Of a stretch of 36,450 nt of DNA, positions 34,170-36,450 are shown in pieces. Source of the DNA: a virus (Duplodnaviria > Caudoviricetes). A program made the position numbers and the translations under genes. The DNA is taken from positions 1 through 36,450 of the IMG/VR virus record IMGVR_UViG_3300006111_000003; one strand, 5' to 3'. Position 1 is the stretch's first letter. Each line of letters opens with the position of its first letter. The notes below the pieces were generated by a model that saw nothing but the letters and a program-made list of their open reading frames with translations, had not been told where the DNA came from and searched no databases.

Positions 34170-34595
34170 ATGAAGAGGAGACCTATGGCTGCCCCTGCTC
34201 AACCCACCACCCGAGACGCGCTGCTAAAGCTGATCGAGACCTATGGTCGAGAGAGACACTTCTCCGGTCAGATCGACTGCCTCAAGAACCCGACCGCTTC
34301 GGAGATCTCGGCACAGGCCGCCAATCGCTACTTCGAGATGATCGAGGTCATGGTGGACCACACCAGTGGCGCTCCAGAGGCCCTCGAGTGGCTCAGCATC
34401 GACACGAACGGGTCCTGTTGGGTCCCTGATCGCTTCGTCATCGTGAAATACAGGGATGTCGTCAGCTTGGTCATTTCTGACAAGCATTCTTCTTGGTGCC
34501 CGTTGGGGAACTTCGCCACGGTCGAAGAGGCCAAGCGTGCTGCCGAGGTGATCAACGGCGCACTGGGCAGTTTTGAGCAGCAGGTGGGCAACTGA
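34170..34595 (+). CDS. Hypothetical protein (start 34170 or 34185)
   Basis: RBS before both candidate ATGs; C-terminal LGNFATVEEAKRAAE. Confidence 0.7.
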   Translation: MKRRPMAAPAQPTTRDALLKLIETYGRERHFSGQIDCLKNPTASEISAQAANRYFEMIEVMVDHTSGAPEALEWLSIDTNGSCWVPDRFVIVKYRDVVSLVISDKHSSWCPLGNFATVEEAKRAAEVINGALGSFEQQVGN

Positions 34596-34756
34596 TGCGG
34601 ACCATCACGCACGAAGAGCGCTTGATCATCGAGGCAATCCTCGCCAGCGACGCCCACAAGGCAGAGCGTGTCGCCACCGCACCCCAGCGGCTGGCAGCGC
34701 TATCCCAGCGGTTGCGGGCCATCGACCCGTTCGATCTCTACACCGGCGCCCGCTGA
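34595..34756 (+). CDS. Hypothetical protein (53 aa)
   Basis: TGATG coupling; MRTITHEERLIIEAILASD...; below the ORF-track cutoff. Confidence 0.5.
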   Translation: MRTITHEERLIIEAILASDAHKAERVATAPQRLAALSQRLRAIDPFDLYTGAR

Positions 34757-34846
34757 TTGGTGGCGTGTGGCGTGTGGTGTGGTGACAAGCCTGGGGACTG
34801 TCGTGGTCGTAGGGCGTCCGATGCCCTACGGATAGAGGAAACGACG

Positions 34847-35254
34847 ATGGACGTTCAGAAAGAATGGATGACTCTCATCCACATGATGCAGAAGGCGCTG
34901 ACGCCTCTTCAGTTCGAGAATGCCAAGCGAACTCTGTGGTGGGTTGGTGAGATGGGGCTCGTCTTCAACGGGAGCGACGGGGCAGATGAGGAATGGGCCC
35001 GCATCTATGCCAGCAGCGTCGACAACTTCATGCGCTTGATCGAGAGCCTTGCACGTCAGTCAGTTGATCTCAAGGCTCCGAACGTCCGGGAGTTTGTCGT
35101 GTTCATGATTCACCGTGAAGTTCTTCGCCAGAAAGTCGTCTCTAGGACCAACTACGTCGTGGAAGCCGTGGAGGACATCCTGGCTTCGAGGTTGCTGTCT
35201 CGTGCCAACCGTCTCCGTCTCGACCGGCAAGCCGGGATCTCCTTCGAGGAGTAG
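34847..35254 (+). CDS. Hypothetical protein (135 aa)
   Basis: AGAGGA RBS before ATG 34847; its stop abuts the portal stop. Confidence 0.7.
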   Translation: MDVQKEWMTLIHMMQKALTPLQFENAKRTLWWVGEMGLVFNGSDGADEEWARIYASSVDNFMRLIESLARQSVDLKAPNVREFVVFMIHREVLRQKVVSRTNYVVEAVEDILASRLLSRANRLRLDRQAGISFEE

Positions 35255-36350
35255 CTAGGCGGGCACCAGCACGCAGCGGCAGTTAGCGGTCTCTTCGATT
35301 GGGCCGTTCGGGTCACCGGGGTAGAGCAGATCGCTCCCGCCAACTGAGAAGGCCTGACCAACCGGCTGGACCTGGCCATCGGCCTCGGCGTGCGTGTCAC
35401 GCACCTTGGCGTCGTGCATCGTGACCCACTGCTGCTTCGTGACGCCGGCAGTGGCATAGCCAGCCAGCGCAGCAGCCGCAGCCAAGCCAAGAACGGCTCG
35501 CCAGCTCATCGTGTCGGCCCGTCCGCCCGAGGGCTGGCCATCGATTACGTCGCCGTTGTCGTCCGTCGACACGCCGAGCACGTCGGCCACCTTGCGGAGG
35601 CGCTGGTCAGCAGGCGTCGTCGTGCCTGGGCCTTCGAGAGCGAATGCCGGCGCAAGGTCTCGAGCGATGCCGGCGTTCCAGCCCGCACGCTGAGCGTCGC
35701 CCTTCATGAGGAGCTCGAGGTGGTCTGCGACCTGCTGGTCGACACGGGTCTTGGTCACCTCTGGCTTGGTCAGCCCGCGCGCCACGGTGACGAGGGTGCC
35801 GGCGGCGACGGCAGCCAGCAGAGGTGCGAGGTCCTGTCGCAGCTCCTTGTCCCAGTGAGAGACGTCGAAGACGGAGGCGAGGGTGAGCGTGCTGTCGGCA
35901 CCGCTATCGCTGTGACGCTTCACGGCGCCGGCGATGCGCTTGTAGATGCGCTCGTGGTGACGCTGAGCGAAGGCTCCGAGGACGGAGATCTGCTCCTCGT
36001 TGTGCTTGTCGAGGTCCTTGGCCAGCTGCGGCTTCTCAGCCGCCGGAGCTAAAGGGGACGAATCACGCACCTCGGTCGAGCGGCCAACGGTCGCTCCGGT
36101 CTCGGTAGGAGGTGGGGTGATGATCGGCGCTTGGCTAGAGACGAACGCAGCACCCTTCTCGCCACCAACCGGAGGGAGGCCAACGGTCTCACGAGCTTCG
36201 TCCAAGGTGACGAGACCGGCGTCCCAGAGCTGCACGGCACGGTTCAGCTTGTAGGCGGTGTCCTCGGCAAGCTCGGGCACGTCGGTGGGGACGAAGTAAA
36301 CCTCGTAGCCCATCTGACGGGTGGCAACGCTCAAAGCGGAGGCGATGAGC
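35255..36350 (-). CDS. Portal C-terminus fused to a MuF/SPP1 gp7-like minor head domain (continuation of 1049..1)
   Basis: Portal end [16 protein letters not shown], a Pro-rich linker, then [22 protein letters not shown]...YPGDP...NCRC. Confidence 0.9.
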
Positions 36351-36450
36351 TGGAGGCGGGCCAGCACGGTGTTCTTGAAGTAGGCGGCGAGCTCGACACG
36401 CTGGTTCTCGTAGGTGCGGGCTCCACCAAGGCCGAGACGTGAGGCGGGCA
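36351..36450. repeat. 100-bp terminal direct repeat, right copy
   Basis: Identical to 1-100. Confidence 0.97.

Noticed and set aside
36351-36450. 100-bp terminal repeat as a biological phage terminal repeat
   Set aside because: It is a round-number exact overlap in the middle of the portal gene, typical of assembler circularisation.

Overview
This window is an apparently complete, circularly closed genome of a temperate, high-GC siphovirus. Bases 1-100 are identical to 36351-36450, so the unit length is 36,350 bp and the portal gene crosses the join. The host is probably an actinobacterium (inferred from gene families and GC). The minus strand carries an HK97-type virion and lysis programme: terS, terL, a portal-MuF fusion, prohead protease, capsid, neck, tail tube, frameshifted tail chaperones, tape measure, Dit, a large tail-tip protein, a secreted GH25 endolysin and holin-like proteins. 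The plus strand carries a RecT / HTH / Rep / DnaB-like / sigma-factor operon and xis-int. There is also a full tRNA-Asp(GUC), an N6/N4 DNA methyltransferase, a RusA-like resolvase, two HNH proteins, a restriction-endonuclease-like gene and a truncated EcoRI-family methylase fragment. Four points stand out. (1) The attP core is the 5' half of tRNA-Gly(CCC), not the usual 3' half, and no CI-like repressor is recognisable. (2) An 81-bp iteron plus purine-tract element is present twice in inverted orientation about 25 kb apart, outside the rep gene. (3) A minus-strand motif, CAGCAAC(C/T)GTC, lies at a near-fixed distance before late genes and is a candidate promoter for the phage sigma factor. (4) The tail-tip protein has its hub domain at the C-terminus. 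All calls were made by eye from motifs and synteny; no searches were run.
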